DNA of 64,000 nucleotides, from contig CAZKFZ010000001.1 in NCBI GenBank assembly GCA_964552475.1, positions 128,621 through 192,620 on the forward strand, read 5' to 3'. Shown in pieces: positions 19,622-30,264 of this stretch. The position numbers were made by a program, and so were the translations under genes. The notes beneath the pieces were generated by a model. It searched no databases. It was not told the origin of the DNA and saw only the letters and a program-made list of their open reading frames with translations. This stretch comes from an uncultured Candidatus Saccharibacteria bacterium. Its GTDB lineage: Bacteria; Patescibacteriota; Saccharimonadia; CAILAD01; BJGX01. Each line of letters begins with the position of its first letter. Position 1 is the stretch's first letter.

Positions 19622-21064
19622 ATGCAGTGTCAAGATTGTGATGCCAAGGATCAAGTTACAATAGCAGGAAAAACATTCTGTGCGAATTGTGGTACTCCAA
19701 CGCTCATACAAAATCCTAGTACTACTGGATCATCTCAAACCGCCCCTGCGACTAATCCAGGAGCTGTCCAGCCTGATCCGCAACAGGTAATTAGTAGCAA
19801 CTCTCTTAACGAAAATGATTTAGCTGATGAGCTTACAAATAGTTTGCGTAAACAGTCTCCGATTGTATTTGGTCCTCAACCACAACAAACACCTAAAGAT
19901 ATAAATACTGTACCTGCGCCGTCTTCATCAAGCTTAAACTCTATAAACAATCAGCTTTGGGCTGATAAAACTGCACAAGCTTCAACTCAGCCAAACCAAG
20001 CTGAAACTATTACACCCCAGCCAGATTCTGCACTTAAACCCTCTAATCTACCAAATAACGAACAAAACAGCGAATTTACTTCGCTTGATAATAAAGAAGA
20101 GAGTGTCTTTAGCGATTCTCAGCTAAAAGAATTGGCAAGCATGCCCAACCCAATAGAGCAGACATCTCAAAATAGCGCCAATAATACAATAGCCCCGAGC
20201 CTAAGTACTCCGCAACAGACTGTCCAGCCGCCGCAAAATTCTGCAGTACTTAATACTAACGTAACTCCAAAGCAGCCGTCTTCACCAGCACAAGTTAAGC
20301 CAATGCAAGATATTACTTCGTCTGGCGGCCAATCACCCCAACCCAACACATCTGTAGATACCCGCCCTAGTAAGCAAAAAGTTACAGGCCAATATCTTGG
20401 TGCCCAAGCTAATTCCATAACCAGTGCAACTTCTACAGCATCATATTTATCTAAACCATCTCCTCAACCTTCGGCAAACACCACCGCAGCCACACCGCCC
20501 ACCAGTAATGTAGCGCCCAGTGCAGTCAAGACAGATACGACTCCATCAGCTAGCACATTTACTAGCAATGTAGCACAAGTAAGCAAGAAAGATAAGGTAA
20601 AGAGCATTGGCGGAAAAGCTGCTAGTGTCGGACTTACTTTAACTGGACTAGTTCTACTTGGGGTATATGTTTGGCAAATCAATTACCCTAATTTAGCACT
20701 CAAAGTTGCTAGTTCAAAGGCAGGTATTAATGCTTCTTTACCAGCTTATGTACCTTCGGGCTGGAAGGTTTCTGGAGATATTCAGGCCAATCCTGGTGGT
20801 GTAGTTTACGATATTAAGTCGCCAGATGGTGCAAAGACTATCTCGGTTAATGAAGAGCGTACTGATTGGGATTCACAAGCTTTAGCCGAAAACTACCTTA
20901 GTACAAAAACCAAGAAATATACTACTTTGCAATCCGAAGGTCTAACTATCTATATATATGGCAACAACCAAGCAAGCTGGATAAACCATGGTACCTGGTA
21001 TAGAATTGAAGGTAATCATGGTCTAACGCAAGAGCAAATTATTAAAATGGCCACAAGTTTGTAA
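19622..21064 (+). CDS. Membrane protein: N-terminal zinc ribbon, long S/T/P/Q low-complexity region, TM, small outer domain (DUF4367-like)
   Basis: CQDC...CANC; ~300 aa low complexity; TM GLTLTGLVLLGVYVW; LPAYVPSGW, ASWINHG and IIKMATSL. Confidence 0.7.
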   Translation: MQCQDCDAKDQVTIAGKTFCANCGTPTLIQNPSTTGSSQTAPATNPGAVQPDPQQVISSNSLNENDLADELTNSLRKQSPIVFGPQPQQTPKDINTVPAPSSSSLNSINNQLWADKTAQASTQPNQAETITPQPDSALKPSNLPNNEQNSEFTSLDNKEESVFSDSQLKELASMPNPIEQTSQNSANNTIAPSLSTPQQTVQPPQNSAVLNTNVTPKQPSSPAQVKPMQDITSSGGQSPQPNTSVDTRPSKQKVTGQYLGAQANSITSATSTASYLSKPSPQPSANTTAATPPTSNVAPSAVKTDTTPSASTFTSNVAQVSKKDKVKSIGGKAASVGLTLTGLVLLGVYVWQINYPNLALKVASSKAGINASLPAYVPSGWKVSGDIQANPGGVVYDIKSPDGAKTISVNEERTDWDSQALAENYLSTKTKKYTTLQSEGLTIYIYGNNQASWINHGTWYRIEGNHGLTQEQIIKMATSL

Positions 21065-21075
21065 AGGGGTTAGTA

Positions 21076-21411
21076 GTGAGTGATAAAGCCTGGGAAGAAT
21101 TAACCGATTTAATTGATAAAAAATACCAAATAGATCTTACCGATCGTATCGTTGAGAAATTAGAGGACAACCCTAGCTTCAAAAAAACAATTGAACGTAT
21201 TGAGTTTGAAAAAGACAATACAAAATATCGAATTGATAGGGTCGAGAGTCCGATGATTATTGATAAAAAAACCCACTATCATCATCGCGGTTCCGCAAAT
21301 AGGATAGAATATGTTTACGACCCTGAAGAAACTACCACCAAAGTTTTCTTCTATCAACGTCTTGCCGATGGACATTACAACGAAATCTCGCCAGAATCTA
21401 TGCTTAGCTAG
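21076..21411 (+). CDS. Hypothetical protein
   Basis: 111-aa ORF with a GTG start, in operon spacing; protein-like composition. Confidence 0.7.
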   Translation: MSDKAWEELTDLIDKKYQIDLTDRIVEKLEDNPSFKKTIERIEFEKDNTKYRIDRVESPMIIDKKTHYHHRGSANRIEYVYDPEETTTKVFFYQRLADGHYNEISPESMLS

Positions 21412-21444
21412 GTTAGTATGTTTTTTTCAGGTATAATCTAGTGT

Positions 21445-22920
21445 ATGAACAAACCTGTGAGAACTCGATTTGCGCCTAGCCCAACTGGCCTGCTACATAT
21501 TGGAGGCGTACGCACAGCACTTTTTGCTTACCTTTTTGCAAAATCAAATAATGGCACTTTCATTCTTCGGCTTGAAGACACCGATAGAGAAAGGTTTGTT
21601 GAAAACGGAGTAGAGCAAATTATTAAGAGCTTGGATTGGGTGGGAATACATCCAGATGAAGGCGTATGGTATCAAGATAAACCTGGTAATCACGGGCCCT
21701 ATGTGCAGTCGAAAAGACTTGACCATTACCAGAGTTTTGCAAATCAACTTGTTGACCAAGGCTTGGCATACTATAGCTATATATCTAAAGAAAGTTTTTC
21801 AAGTTATAAACAAGATGCCATTAATAATAAGAGACCATTTGTTTATCGGAAAAATTTAGAAATAGAATACCATGATGGCGCAGTAAGTATAGATAATTCT
21901 ATAAAATATCCTATTCGACTTGATATTGTTGCTATTCAAGAAAAATTTATTAATCAAAAACACCCTTTCTTACATGAAAGGGTAGACTGGGATGATGAGG
22001 TAAGAGATATGTTTTCGAGCGGATATTTTGAGATTGATGATTTTGTTATTATGAAAGCTGATGGATATCCAACTTATAACTTTGCCAACGTTGTCGATGA
22101 CCATCTAATGCAAATTACCCATGTTATTAGAGGTGATGAATTTATAAGTACCACTGCGAAACACGCTTTACTATATGACGTTTTTAGTTGGGAAAGGCCG
22201 AAGTTCATACATTTAGCTTCAATACTAGGGCCAGATGGTAAAAAGAAGCTCAGCAAGCGTGATGGCGATGTTAATGTACTAGAGTACAAAGCCAAAGGTT
22301 ATTTGCCAGAAGCGCTCATTAACTTTTTAGCACTCTTGGGCTGGAACGACGGAACAGAACAAGAGCTTTTCAGTATTGAGGAACTGATTGATAAGTTTGA
22401 TATCGGCAGAATACAAAAAAGCCCAGCGCGATTCGATATAGGTAGGCTTAATTGGATGAATGGGGAATATATTCGTACTATGAGTTATGACGAGTTACTT
22501 GACAAGCTCAGCACGTTTTTACCAAAAGATTGGTATGAAGACAGAGAGTACCTTAAAAAGGTCTTAAAGCTCGACAAAGACCGTATTAAGACACTATCTG
22601 AGGCTCAGTATGTAATGGAAATATTCTTTGAAACTCCAAAAGTTGATCAAAAGCTGCTAACTGACAAAGATGAACTTAACGATATCAGAGCGTGGCTCAA
22701 AGAAAGTAGCGAAGTACTGCAAGGCTGTGAGTTTGAACATGATAAACTCGAGCAAGCTATTCGTGATCTGACTGAGAAGTTGGGTATTAAAACAGGGCAA
22801 CTATTCTATGCTCTACGCATTGCTCTTACTGGCCGTACTGAGGCACCGGGGTTATTTGATATCATGCTAACATTAGGCAAAGAAGAGACTCTTAAGCGAA
22901 TTAAGATGGTAATCAAATAA
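21445..22920 (+). CDS. gltX: Glutamate--tRNA ligase
   Basis: RFAPSPTG.LHIGG, LRLEDTD, THVIRG and KLSKR. Confidence 0.97.
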   Translation: MNKPVRTRFAPSPTGLLHIGGVRTALFAYLFAKSNNGTFILRLEDTDRERFVENGVEQIIKSLDWVGIHPDEGVWYQDKPGNHGPYVQSKRLDHYQSFANQLVDQGLAYYSYISKESFSSYKQDAINNKRPFVYRKNLEIEYHDGAVSIDNSIKYPIRLDIVAIQEKFINQKHPFLHERVDWDDEVRDMFSSGYFEIDDFVIMKADGYPTYNFANVVDDHLMQITHVIRGDEFISTTAKHALLYDVFSWERPKFIHLASILGPDGKKKLSKRDGDVNVLEYKAKGYLPEALINFLALLGWNDGTEQELFSIEELIDKFDIGRIQKSPARFDIGRLNWMNGEYIRTMSYDELLDKLSTFLPKDWYEDREYLKKVLKLDKDRIKTLSEAQYVMEIFFETPKVDQKLLTDKDELNDIRAWLKESSEVLQGCEFEHDKLEQAIRDLTEKLGIKTGQLFYALRIALTGRTEAPGLFDIMLTLGKEETLKRIKMVIK

Positions 22921-22922
22921 GT

Positions 22923-23570
22923 ATGGTTTTAGAAGTTCCACAACTTTTACAAGAAAAACATAGTACAAATTGCCAGGCAGTTTGTATACAAATGATTCTT
23001 CATTACTACCAAGATATGGTCACTATAGATGAGATTATGAATGGACTTAAGCCGTACTTGATACATGAGACTGGTATGCATAGTCAGGGTCCTGCTATAT
23101 GGCTGGCAGAGCGAGGATATGATGTTACATATATTGCTCATGATCTTGGTGTAATTGATAAGGATACAGAGCATCTAACAGAAAAGAATGGTTCAAAAAT
23201 ACTAGAGGCTAAACTATTGGAGATACCAAATCAACCTAATCACTATAGACGAGAGAAGATTGAACTAGATATTCAAGTATTAAAGTCTGGAGTGAAATAT
23301 AGTAACGAGATTCCGTCTCTTGACTTATTGGATGATACTCTAAATTATAGTATTCCAGTAAAACTTGGTGTAAAAGCTAGTGGGTTGTTTGCGAACCCAA
23401 AGAATAATAGTAATCACTCAATTGTAGTTGTAGGGAAAGTTCGAGACGAGTACATTATTAATGACCCAAATCCTTTCCATGGACCACGATATTCTATTAA
23501 TAAGAATCAGTTGCTTATGGCTTGGTATCTGAACGGCGCACGAACATTAGTAGTAAAACCAAAAAAATAG
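22923..23570 (+). CDS. Peptidase C39-like cysteine protease domain protein
   Basis: LEVPQLLQE..NCQAVCIQMIL (Cys), NHSIVVVG (His) and INDPN (Asp). Confidence 0.75.
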   Translation: MVLEVPQLLQEKHSTNCQAVCIQMILHYYQDMVTIDEIMNGLKPYLIHETGMHSQGPAIWLAERGYDVTYIAHDLGVIDKDTEHLTEKNGSKILEAKLLEIPNQPNHYRREKIELDIQVLKSGVKYSNEIPSLDLLDDTLNYSIPVKLGVKASGLFANPKNNSNHSIVVVGKVRDEYIINDPNPFHGPRYSINKNQLLMAWYLNGARTLVVKPKK

Positions 23571-23571
23571 G

Positions 23572-24606
23572 CTAGTTCCAGTCTAAAGTGCCACCAGTTT
23601 GGTATTCTGTAACTCGAGTTTCGAAAAAGTTTTTCTCTTTACTTAGATCTACGGCTTCACTCATCCATGGAAAAGGATTTTTTACATTGTATTGCTTAGG
23701 TAGGCCCACGGCACTTAAGCGTCTGTCGGCGATATATTCAATGTATTGCTTAAAGCCGTCGGCATTCATACCAAATATACCACGCGGAAACACATCTCGA
23801 GCATATTTATATTCAAGTTCGGCAGACTGCTTCACTAAATCAACAATATGATTTTGAAAGTCTTTTGTCCATAGTTCTGGCTGCTCGTCTTTAATCGTAT
23901 TTATAAGGTTGATACCAAAGTTAAGGTGCTGAGATTCATCTCGCATAATATATTGAATTTGTTCCGCCGAACCCACTAATTTATTTTGACGCTGAAAACC
24001 AAATATCACAGCAAAGCTCGAGTAAAAGAATATGCCTTCTAAAATAAGAGAGAAGACACAAAGATTCTCTAGAAATTTTTGGTCATTTTTTAAAGTCCCA
24101 GTTTTAAAATTACTATCAAAGATTCCTTCGTTAAAGCTTAGTATGAATGAGGCTTTAGAGTGATGAGAGGCGTTCTCTCTGTACATATTAAATATTTCAC
24201 CACCATCCAAACCTAGACTCTCAACGATATATTGATAAGCGTGTGTGTGAATTGCCTCTTCGTAGGCTTGTCGTAATAGATACATACGGCATTCTGGGCT
24301 AGTAATGTGCTCATAAAGAGCTAACACAATGTTGTTAGCAGCAATTGAGTCTGCGGTAGTGAAAAACCCCAAAGCAGTTTTAAAGGCCAGTCTCTCGTCT
24401 TCGGTAAGCTTGTCGGATTTCCAAAGCTCTATATCGTCTTGCATAGCTATTTCGGTTGGTAGCCAGTGATTTGCGTTACCAACCAAGTAGGTATCCCACG
24501 CAAAAGTATGTTTCATAGGGTGTAGTTGTACAACATCTACATCTTCACCATTAATTATGCGTCGTTTATTTACGTCTGGTCTTTTTTTAGTCATATTGAT
24601 TGGCAC
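23572..24606 (-). CDS. nrdB: Class Ia ribonucleotide reductase beta subunit
   Basis: ADSI, EEAIHTHAY (radical Tyr present), LEGIFFYSSF, RDESQH and NFFETRVTEY; SD AAGGAG before a GTG start. Confidence 0.96.
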   Translation of the reverse strand: MPINMTKKRPDVNKRRIINGEDVDVVQLHPMKHTFAWDTYLVGNANHWLPTEIAMQDDIELWKSDKLTEDERLAFKTALGFFTTADSIAANNIVLALYEHITSPECRMYLLRQAYEEAIHTHAYQYIVESLGLDGGEIFNMYRENASHHSKASFILSFNEGIFDSNFKTGTLKNDQKFLENLCVFSLILEGIFFYSSFAVIFGFQRQNKLVGSAEQIQYIMRDESQHLNFGINLINTIKDEQPELWTKDFQNHIVDLVKQSAELEYKYARDVFPRGIFGMNADGFKQYIEYIADRRLSAVGLPKQYNVKNPFPWMSEAVDLSKEKNFFETRVTEYQTGGTLDWN

Positions 24607-24631
24607 TTTTTATCTCCTTAATTTGTTTTAT

Positions 24632-27412
24632 TTATTGACAAGCTTCACAATCTTCACTGTCTACAGAACATATGTTTGTAGATTTTTTTACCGATGGAGT
24701 AGGGGCATTTTGTGCGACAGTACTAAACTCACGTTTATGTGTGTTTCCATACTTTGCGGTATCAACAGTGGACTTTTCTACTTGAGAAATTGCTAAAGAT
24801 CTTAAGTAGTAGGTAGTTTTTAATCCTATTTTCCAGGCGTAAGTATAAATATCTGAGAGGTTCTTTCCTGACACTCCTTGCACAAAAATATTCAAACTTT
24901 GACTCTGGTCTATCCACTTGCCTCTGTGTGCAGCAATTTTTATTAACCATTCTGGACCTATTTCGAACACCTCTTGATACTTTTCTCTTATTTCTGCTGG
25001 TATCTCAGTGATTTTCTGGATTGATCCGTCATAGAATTTCACCTTATTCATTATCTCGTCGTTCCAGAGATTATTTTTCTTTAAATCTTCAATTAAATAA
25101 GAGTTTACTACGGTAAAATCACCACTCATATTTGATTTTACATAAAGGTTTTTGTAGATTGGCTCAATACAAGGGTAGCATCCAGAGATATTTGAGATTG
25201 ATGCGGTGGGAGCAATAGCCATAGTATTGCTGTTGCGCATACCATATTTTTTTACGTGAGCGCGTACTTCTTTCCAGTCTAACTTACCTTGGCGCTTTAC
25301 ATCTATTTTTATTCCTCGTTCTTTTTCTAACATATCAATGGTATCTACAGGAAAAATACCCCTATCCCACTTAGAGCCCTTGTAAGATTTATAAGCACCA
25401 CGTTCTTTAGCAAGCTTACTAGAGCCTAGTATGGCATAATAACTAATCAGTTCCATACTTTCGTCGCCAAACTTAACTGCCTTATCTGAACTAAAAGGAC
25501 AGTTCATTAGATAGAGTGCGTCTTGAAAACCCATAATACCCAGGCCCACTGGACGATGACGCATGTTAGATACCTTACATTCGCTAGTGGTGTAGTAATT
25601 AATATCAATAACATTATCAAGCATCCTCATAGCAACTTCTACAGTTTCTGCAATAAGTTCTCGGTTGAGTTTACCACTCTGCATATGACGAGCTAAGTTA
25701 ACCGAACCTAGATTGCACACAGCCGTTTCGTCGGCAGAGTTATTTAAGGTTATCTCGGTACAAAGATTGGAATTGTGTATTACGCCGGTGTGATCTTGGG
25801 GTGAGCGAACGTTACATGCATCCTTAAAATTGATCCAGGGGTGACCAGTTTCAAACAGCATAGTAAGCATTTTGCGCCAAAGCTGAATTGCAGGAATTCT
25901 CTTAAAAAGTTCAATCTTACCTTCATCAGCTAGCTTCTCATATTCTAAATATTTTTCTTCAAAAGCTTTACCATATAAATGGTGTAGTTCCGGAACATCA
26001 TTAGGTGAAAATAGTGTCCATTCTTCATTCAACTCTACTCGTTTCATAAAAAGATCAGGTATCCAGTTTGCCGTGTTCATATCGTGGGTGCGACGACGCT
26101 CGTCACCAGTATTTTTACGAAGTTCCAGAAAATCTTCAATGTCTAAGTGCCAGGTTTCTAGATAAACACAGGTAGCACCTTTACGCTTTCCTGATCGTGA
26201 TATAGCAACCGTAGTGTCATTGGCAATTTTTAAAAACGGAATAACCCCTTGAGAAGGGATGTTTACGGTTTTTATAAGTGAGCCTGTAGAGCGGATATTG
26301 CTCCAATCTGTAGCAATACCACCAGAGAATTTACTCATTAGAGCGGTGTCTAAATAGACTTTAAAAATATGCTTAAGGTCGTCTTCGACAGTGTTTAAGA
26401 AGCACGAACTTAGCTGTGCAAATGTAGTACCTGAATGAAATAGGGTAGGAGTTGATGGTACATAGCGAAGAGTAGATAGGATATCATAAAATTTCTTAGC
26501 CCAAGTGTTTTGGTCGGTCTTTTTTTCTAGCACACATAGCCCCATAGCTATGCGCATCCAAAAAATTTGTGGAGCCTCTAATCTTACTCCGCGACCTTCG
26601 GACTGTACGAAGTAGCGATCATGTAGCATGTCTAGACCCATGTAGTCAAAAAGCTTGTCCTTTTCTGGATCAATATAGTCAGCTAATTCATCTAAATCAA
26701 AGCTGAGTAGTCTTTTGTCGAGACGACCATCTTTAACAGTATTGGTTATAAAATTCTTAAAAGTATCTTTGTATGCTTGCGGAACTTCGGTTTCAGCATC
26801 GGTGCCCAAAACCTCGCGATATATTTTTTTACGAAGTAGCTGGGCGGCAAGAGTGGAATAGGCGTGATCTTTCTCAATACTTGAAGTTGCAGCCATTATG
26901 AGGGCGTCTTGTAGTTCTTCAAGGGTAATTCCATCGTATAGATTACTCTTAGCATACTGAGCTAGTTCGTCTAGATCAACGGAGTCTTCTAGGCCTTCGG
27001 CGGCTTCTACTAAGTTTTTAATGAGACGAGAATAGCTAAAGTAATCTATACTGCCGTCTGTTAGGGTGACTTTTAACTCATTGTGCTCTAGTTTTTCAGC
27101 CGATCTAGATACTTCAGCCTGCCTCATAGCCTTATGTTGTTCGCGATATAAAATATAACTTCTAGCCGTCTTGTAGTAGTCGGCACGCATTAGTTCTTGT
27201 TCCACTAGGTCTTGAATGGTTTCTACTTCTGGTACGGCATCACCAATAATAGATTCCATATGCGATACTATATCGTCGACTAAACGAGGGATAGTAGTAG
27301 CCGGTATCTCACCGTCAACCGAGTCGCTGGCTTTCTGAATAGCTAATATTATACGACCAGGCTCAAAGTCTACAACTTGGCCGTTGCGCTTTTTGATATT
27401 AGTTATAGTCAT
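24632..27412 (-). CDS. nrdA: Class Ia ribonucleotide reductase alpha subunit with two N-terminal ATP cones
   Basis: IKKRNG cone plus a second cone; QLSSCF, SNLCTEI, VCNLGS, APTASIS, TTYYLRS and C-terminal CEACQ. Confidence 0.97.
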   Translation of the reverse strand: MTITNIKKRNGQVVDFEPGRIILAIQKASDSVDGEIPATTIPRLVDDIVSHMESIIGDAVPEVETIQDLVEQELMRADYYKTARSYILYREQHKAMRQAEVSRSAEKLEHNELKVTLTDGSIDYFSYSRLIKNLVEAAEGLEDSVDLDELAQYAKSNLYDGITLEELQDALIMAATSSIEKDHAYSTLAAQLLRKKIYREVLGTDAETEVPQAYKDTFKNFITNTVKDGRLDKRLLSFDLDELADYIDPEKDKLFDYMGLDMLHDRYFVQSEGRGVRLEAPQIFWMRIAMGLCVLEKKTDQNTWAKKFYDILSTLRYVPSTPTLFHSGTTFAQLSSCFLNTVEDDLKHIFKVYLDTALMSKFSGGIATDWSNIRSTGSLIKTVNIPSQGVIPFLKIANDTTVAISRSGKRKGATCVYLETWHLDIEDFLELRKNTGDERRRTHDMNTANWIPDLFMKRVELNEEWTLFSPNDVPELHHLYGKAFEEKYLEYEKLADEGKIELFKRIPAIQLWRKMLTMLFETGHPWINFKDACNVRSPQDHTGVIHNSNLCTEITLNNSADETAVCNLGSVNLARHMQSGKLNRELIAETVEVAMRMLDNVIDINYYTTSECKVSNMRHRPVGLGIMGFQDALYLMNCPFSSDKAVKFGDESMELISYYAILGSSKLAKERGAYKSYKGSKWDRGIFPVDTIDMLEKERGIKIDVKRQGKLDWKEVRAHVKKYGMRNSNTMAIAPTASISNISGCYPCIEPIYKNLYVKSNMSGDFTVVNSYLIEDLKKNNLWNDEIMNKVKFYDGSIQKITEIPAEIREKYQEVFEIGPEWLIKIAAHRGKWIDQSQSLNIFVQGVSGKNLSDIYTYAWKIGLKTTYYLRSLAISQVEKSTVDTAKYGNTHKREFSTVAQNAPTPSVKKSTNICSVDSEDCEACQ

Positions 27413-27464
27413 ATCCCTTCACCCTCCTTAAAATTTTGATTGATTTTTATTTAACTTATCCATA

Positions 27465-27513
27465 AGCCCATATATAGTGCTTATGTTACATCTAAATACA
27501 CTATATATAGGTA
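27465..27513. promoter_or_regulatory. Tandem NrdR boxes overlapping the nrdA promoter
   Basis: agcCcAtATaTaGtgc (27465-27480) and acaCtAtATaTaGgta (27498-27513) match acaCwAtATaTwGtgt. A minus-strand TTGACT-17-TATAGT promoter has its -10 inside box 2. Confidence 0.8.
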
Positions 27514-27774
27514 TTTGTTCTTAGTCAACTAGCTGTATTGCGCCAATAAAACAGACTATTTGATAAAATAGTTACTACGAACATAATACGAAAATGCCCC
27601 CTATTTTGTCAAGTGAATTGGCTTAAGCACTAGCGGCAAAGCATTAAGCACCCCACAAAAACAAAAGCTTACGATTAATAATAGCCCAAAACACAAATAT
27701 TTGTCTAGCATTGATATTTTGTGAATTTTAGTTTAAAAATACTATCTACAGATATGAGTTATAGTTTTATGCAA

Positions 27775-29445
27775 CTATACCGAGCTGGCAAATTCTTTAA
27801 TTTCTTCTTTGGCAACTTTCTGCTGATCTTGCTTGAGGGCACCAACGGGTGGTACTTCTAAGTAAAAAGTAGATCCATGATTAAGTTCACTTTCAAACCA
27901 TATTCTAGCCTTAATTCGCTTTGCCAACTTGTCGGTAATATATAGTCCAAGGCCGGTACCTCTGGTTTGTCGTGTTTCAAATGATTCGCTACGGTAGAAC
28001 TTATTAAAAACATTTTTCTTATCACTCGATGCTATACCGATGCCCGTGTCAGCTACAGAAAATATAACTTTGCCGTTTTTACCCTCACTAGCCGAGAGAG
28101 TGATTGTACCTTGTTTGGTGTACTTGAGGGCATTGGAGATAAAGTTTTGAAGGATTTCTTTAATATAGACTTCTGAGCTTAAAAGAGAATTAACGTCACC
28201 AGATTTTTGCATTCTTATTTCTAAACCGGCAGCCTTTGCTTCTGATTCGTAATTCTTGGTAAGTTCTTCTACTAACTCAACGGGGTTGATTAATCCAATA
28301 TGAATAGACAAATCACCATGTTCGGCCTTATCAAGGGTAGCTAAGTCGTTAATGAGGTCACCTAAGAAGATAATGTTTTTATGAGCTTGTTCTAAGAGTT
28401 CTTTGGCGGTTGGGTCGAACTTGTCAGAATAGTTGGGCCGTAGAACGGTGGCGATATCGGCCTCAGTAATAGCAATTGGTGTACGTAACTCGTGTGAAGT
28501 TACCGAGATAAATTCTTTACGTTCGTCCTCTACAGACTTTTCTTTGGTTATATCTCTTAGGGTAATAATAAAACCACCTTCTAAGTTTGTAACCTTAGCG
28601 GAACGTATTGGCGATATATTTGCTACTACATATACATTAACTTTTTCGTTAGAAAAGAAGTGTAAGTCTTTTCGGGTAATCATACGATCTTCGTTTCTGG
28701 ATAGACGTAATAGGTCTACTGGGTTGTTGTTTTCATCTAAAAGCTTTAAATAGTAGTCGATAGGCTTATCCTCAAGTGCGTCATTGGTATTAAAAAGATT
28801 TAGTGTGGCGCCGTTATATAGAGTAATAATACCTTTTTCATCGGTAGCAATAAATGAGTCGGCCATACTATTTATAAGTGAAACCAGGCGAGCATGCTCA
28901 AAAGTGGCGTTTTCGCGTAAGAACCTAGCATCGGCAGCAATAGGCTTACGAAGCATAAGAAGAGCAATATATAGAGTACTTACCATCAAGATTGCATAGT
29001 GCCCAGCAACATGATAGATCTCCATACTGCTAATATCAGGAAATTGGTAATAAGCCGAATATATGGTGATGGCAGTTATAGCTATTGTTCCACCAATATA
29101 ACCCCGCCAACCATACCAGTACATAGCTACAGTCAGGTAGAAAAAGAACAAGAAGTAGTAGGCGCTATCAATAGGGGCAAAGTAGATTAGGAACACTCCA
29201 GCAATAATGAAGTGACCTATCACTATCAGGTACCTTTGTTTGAAATATATATAGAATTTAAACAGTGGCAAAGAAATCAGTACAAAAGTACCAAAAGCGA
29301 GGATGTAAAAATAATTACCTAGACTGTGATTTAAATATTGCCCAAATGCATAATCAAGTGTTACTAACAATAGTAGTAAAGACTGAGATATATACATTGG
29401 GCTATATTCTTGCCAACGAGTTTTTAGGGTTGATTTTTCGTTCAT
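27775..29445 (-). CDS. Membrane PAS-domain sensor histidine kinase
   Basis: About 5-6 TM, PAS domain, H-box SHELRTP, N-box NFISNALKYT, DTGIGI and GTGLGL. Confidence 0.93.
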   Translation of the reverse strand: MNEKSTLKTRWQEYSPMYISQSLLLLLVTLDYAFGQYLNHSLGNYFYILAFGTFVLISLPLFKFYIYFKQRYLIVIGHFIIAGVFLIYFAPIDSAYYFLFFFYLTVAMYWYGWRGYIGGTIAITAITIYSAYYQFPDISSMEIYHVAGHYAILMVSTLYIALLMLRKPIAADARFLRENATFEHARLVSLINSMADSFIATDEKGIITLYNGATLNLFNTNDALEDKPIDYYLKLLDENNNPVDLLRLSRNEDRMITRKDLHFFSNEKVNVYVVANISPIRSAKVTNLEGGFIITLRDITKEKSVEDERKEFISVTSHELRTPIAITEADIATVLRPNYSDKFDPTAKELLEQAHKNIIFLGDLINDLATLDKAEHGDLSIHIGLINPVELVEELTKNYESEAKAAGLEIRMQKSGDVNSLLSSEVYIKEILQNFISNALKYTKQGTITLSASEGKNGKVIFSVADTGIGIASSDKKNVFNKFYRSESFETRQTRGTGLGLYITDKLAKRIKARIWFESELNHGSTFYLEVPPVGALKQDQQKVAKEEIKEFASSV

Positions 29446-29547
29446 GGGGAATGATGTTTGTGAGCTAGCTTCTTATGCTTAACATTATATCCTAATCGCA
29501 ATAATTAATACAAAGTTGTTAAAAGTTTATGCTATAATTTCTAATAT

Positions 29548-30258
29548 ATGTTCAGTACAATACCGGAAAATTTACTACCTTATCTCATAGGATTCCCTGT
29601 GTTTATGTTATTTGGGTTTCGTGGATGGCGAAACTATCAAAGACTTCACAATCCACTTTCTAAGCTCTTTGCATACAGTGGTTTTGCAGCTGGTATTGCT
29701 TTCGGTAGTTGGTCGGTACCATTCTTATTGCCTATAACCGAACCTGTTATGATAGTAGTGTCGATATTTGGTGATTTTTTTCTGTACGCTATGTTTGCTC
29801 TTCAGGCCTATATAGTATATTATCTCGCCCTAAAAAACCGCATACCTGCTGTATTTATAGTTCTGCCATTTTCTGTATTAGCTTTTTTGGGGTGGTTAGC
29901 CAATTGTTACGGCTATATTCACAATGGCGTATCGGTCGAGAATGGAAAATTCTTGTATACACTGCCAGCGTTTTCTGATTTTGCCCAATTAGTACTACTA
30001 ATAAATGTCTTTATAGTAGGAATACTTATGGTTGGTCGCATTGGGCAACAAACCAATGCTCGTGCCAAGGGCGCGCTTATGGGTATTGGAGCCCTATATT
30101 TGCTCACAGGATTTGCAGGTACTCTAAACGTAATTCTATCTGGCGACCCAAATGGATCACCCTTAATAGTCGCGGGCTACGTAGTTGGGTTTGTGTCTTT
30201 TGTGATAATACTTGCAACTATACGTTTAGTGCAAAGGCCTAAGAATAAAAAACATTAA
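29548..30258 (+). CDS. 7-TM membrane protein of unknown function
   Basis: Seven hydrophobic segments and no soluble domain; divergent from the kinase. Confidence 0.75.
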   Translation: MFSTIPENLLPYLIGFPVFMLFGFRGWRNYQRLHNPLSKLFAYSGFAAGIAFGSWSVPFLLPITEPVMIVVSIFGDFFLYAMFALQAYIVYYLALKNRIPAVFIVLPFSVLAFLGWLANCYGYIHNGVSVENGKFLYTLPAFSDFAQLVLLINVFIVGILMVGRIGQQTNARAKGALMGIGALYLLTGFAGTLNVILSGDPNGSPLIVAGYVVGFVSFVIILATIRLVQRPKNKKH

Positions 30259-30264
30259 ATAAAT

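Noticed and set aside
19700-20600. Tandem DNA repeats in the low-complexity protein
   Set aside because: Compositional S/T/P/Q bias only; no repeating nucleotide unit was seen.
23572-24606. Class Ic (Mn/Fe) or metal-free RNR beta subunit
   Set aside because: The first-ligand Asp, the radical Tyr and both ExxH motifs are present.
24632-27412. Intein or intron explaining the long nrdA
   Set aside because: The extra length is accounted for by the second ATP cone; no intein-terminal motifs or frame breaks were seen.
27693-27704. Palindrome ACAAATATTTGT as a third NrdR box
   Set aside because: The central positions do not fit the consensus, and AT-rich palindromes arise easily by chance.
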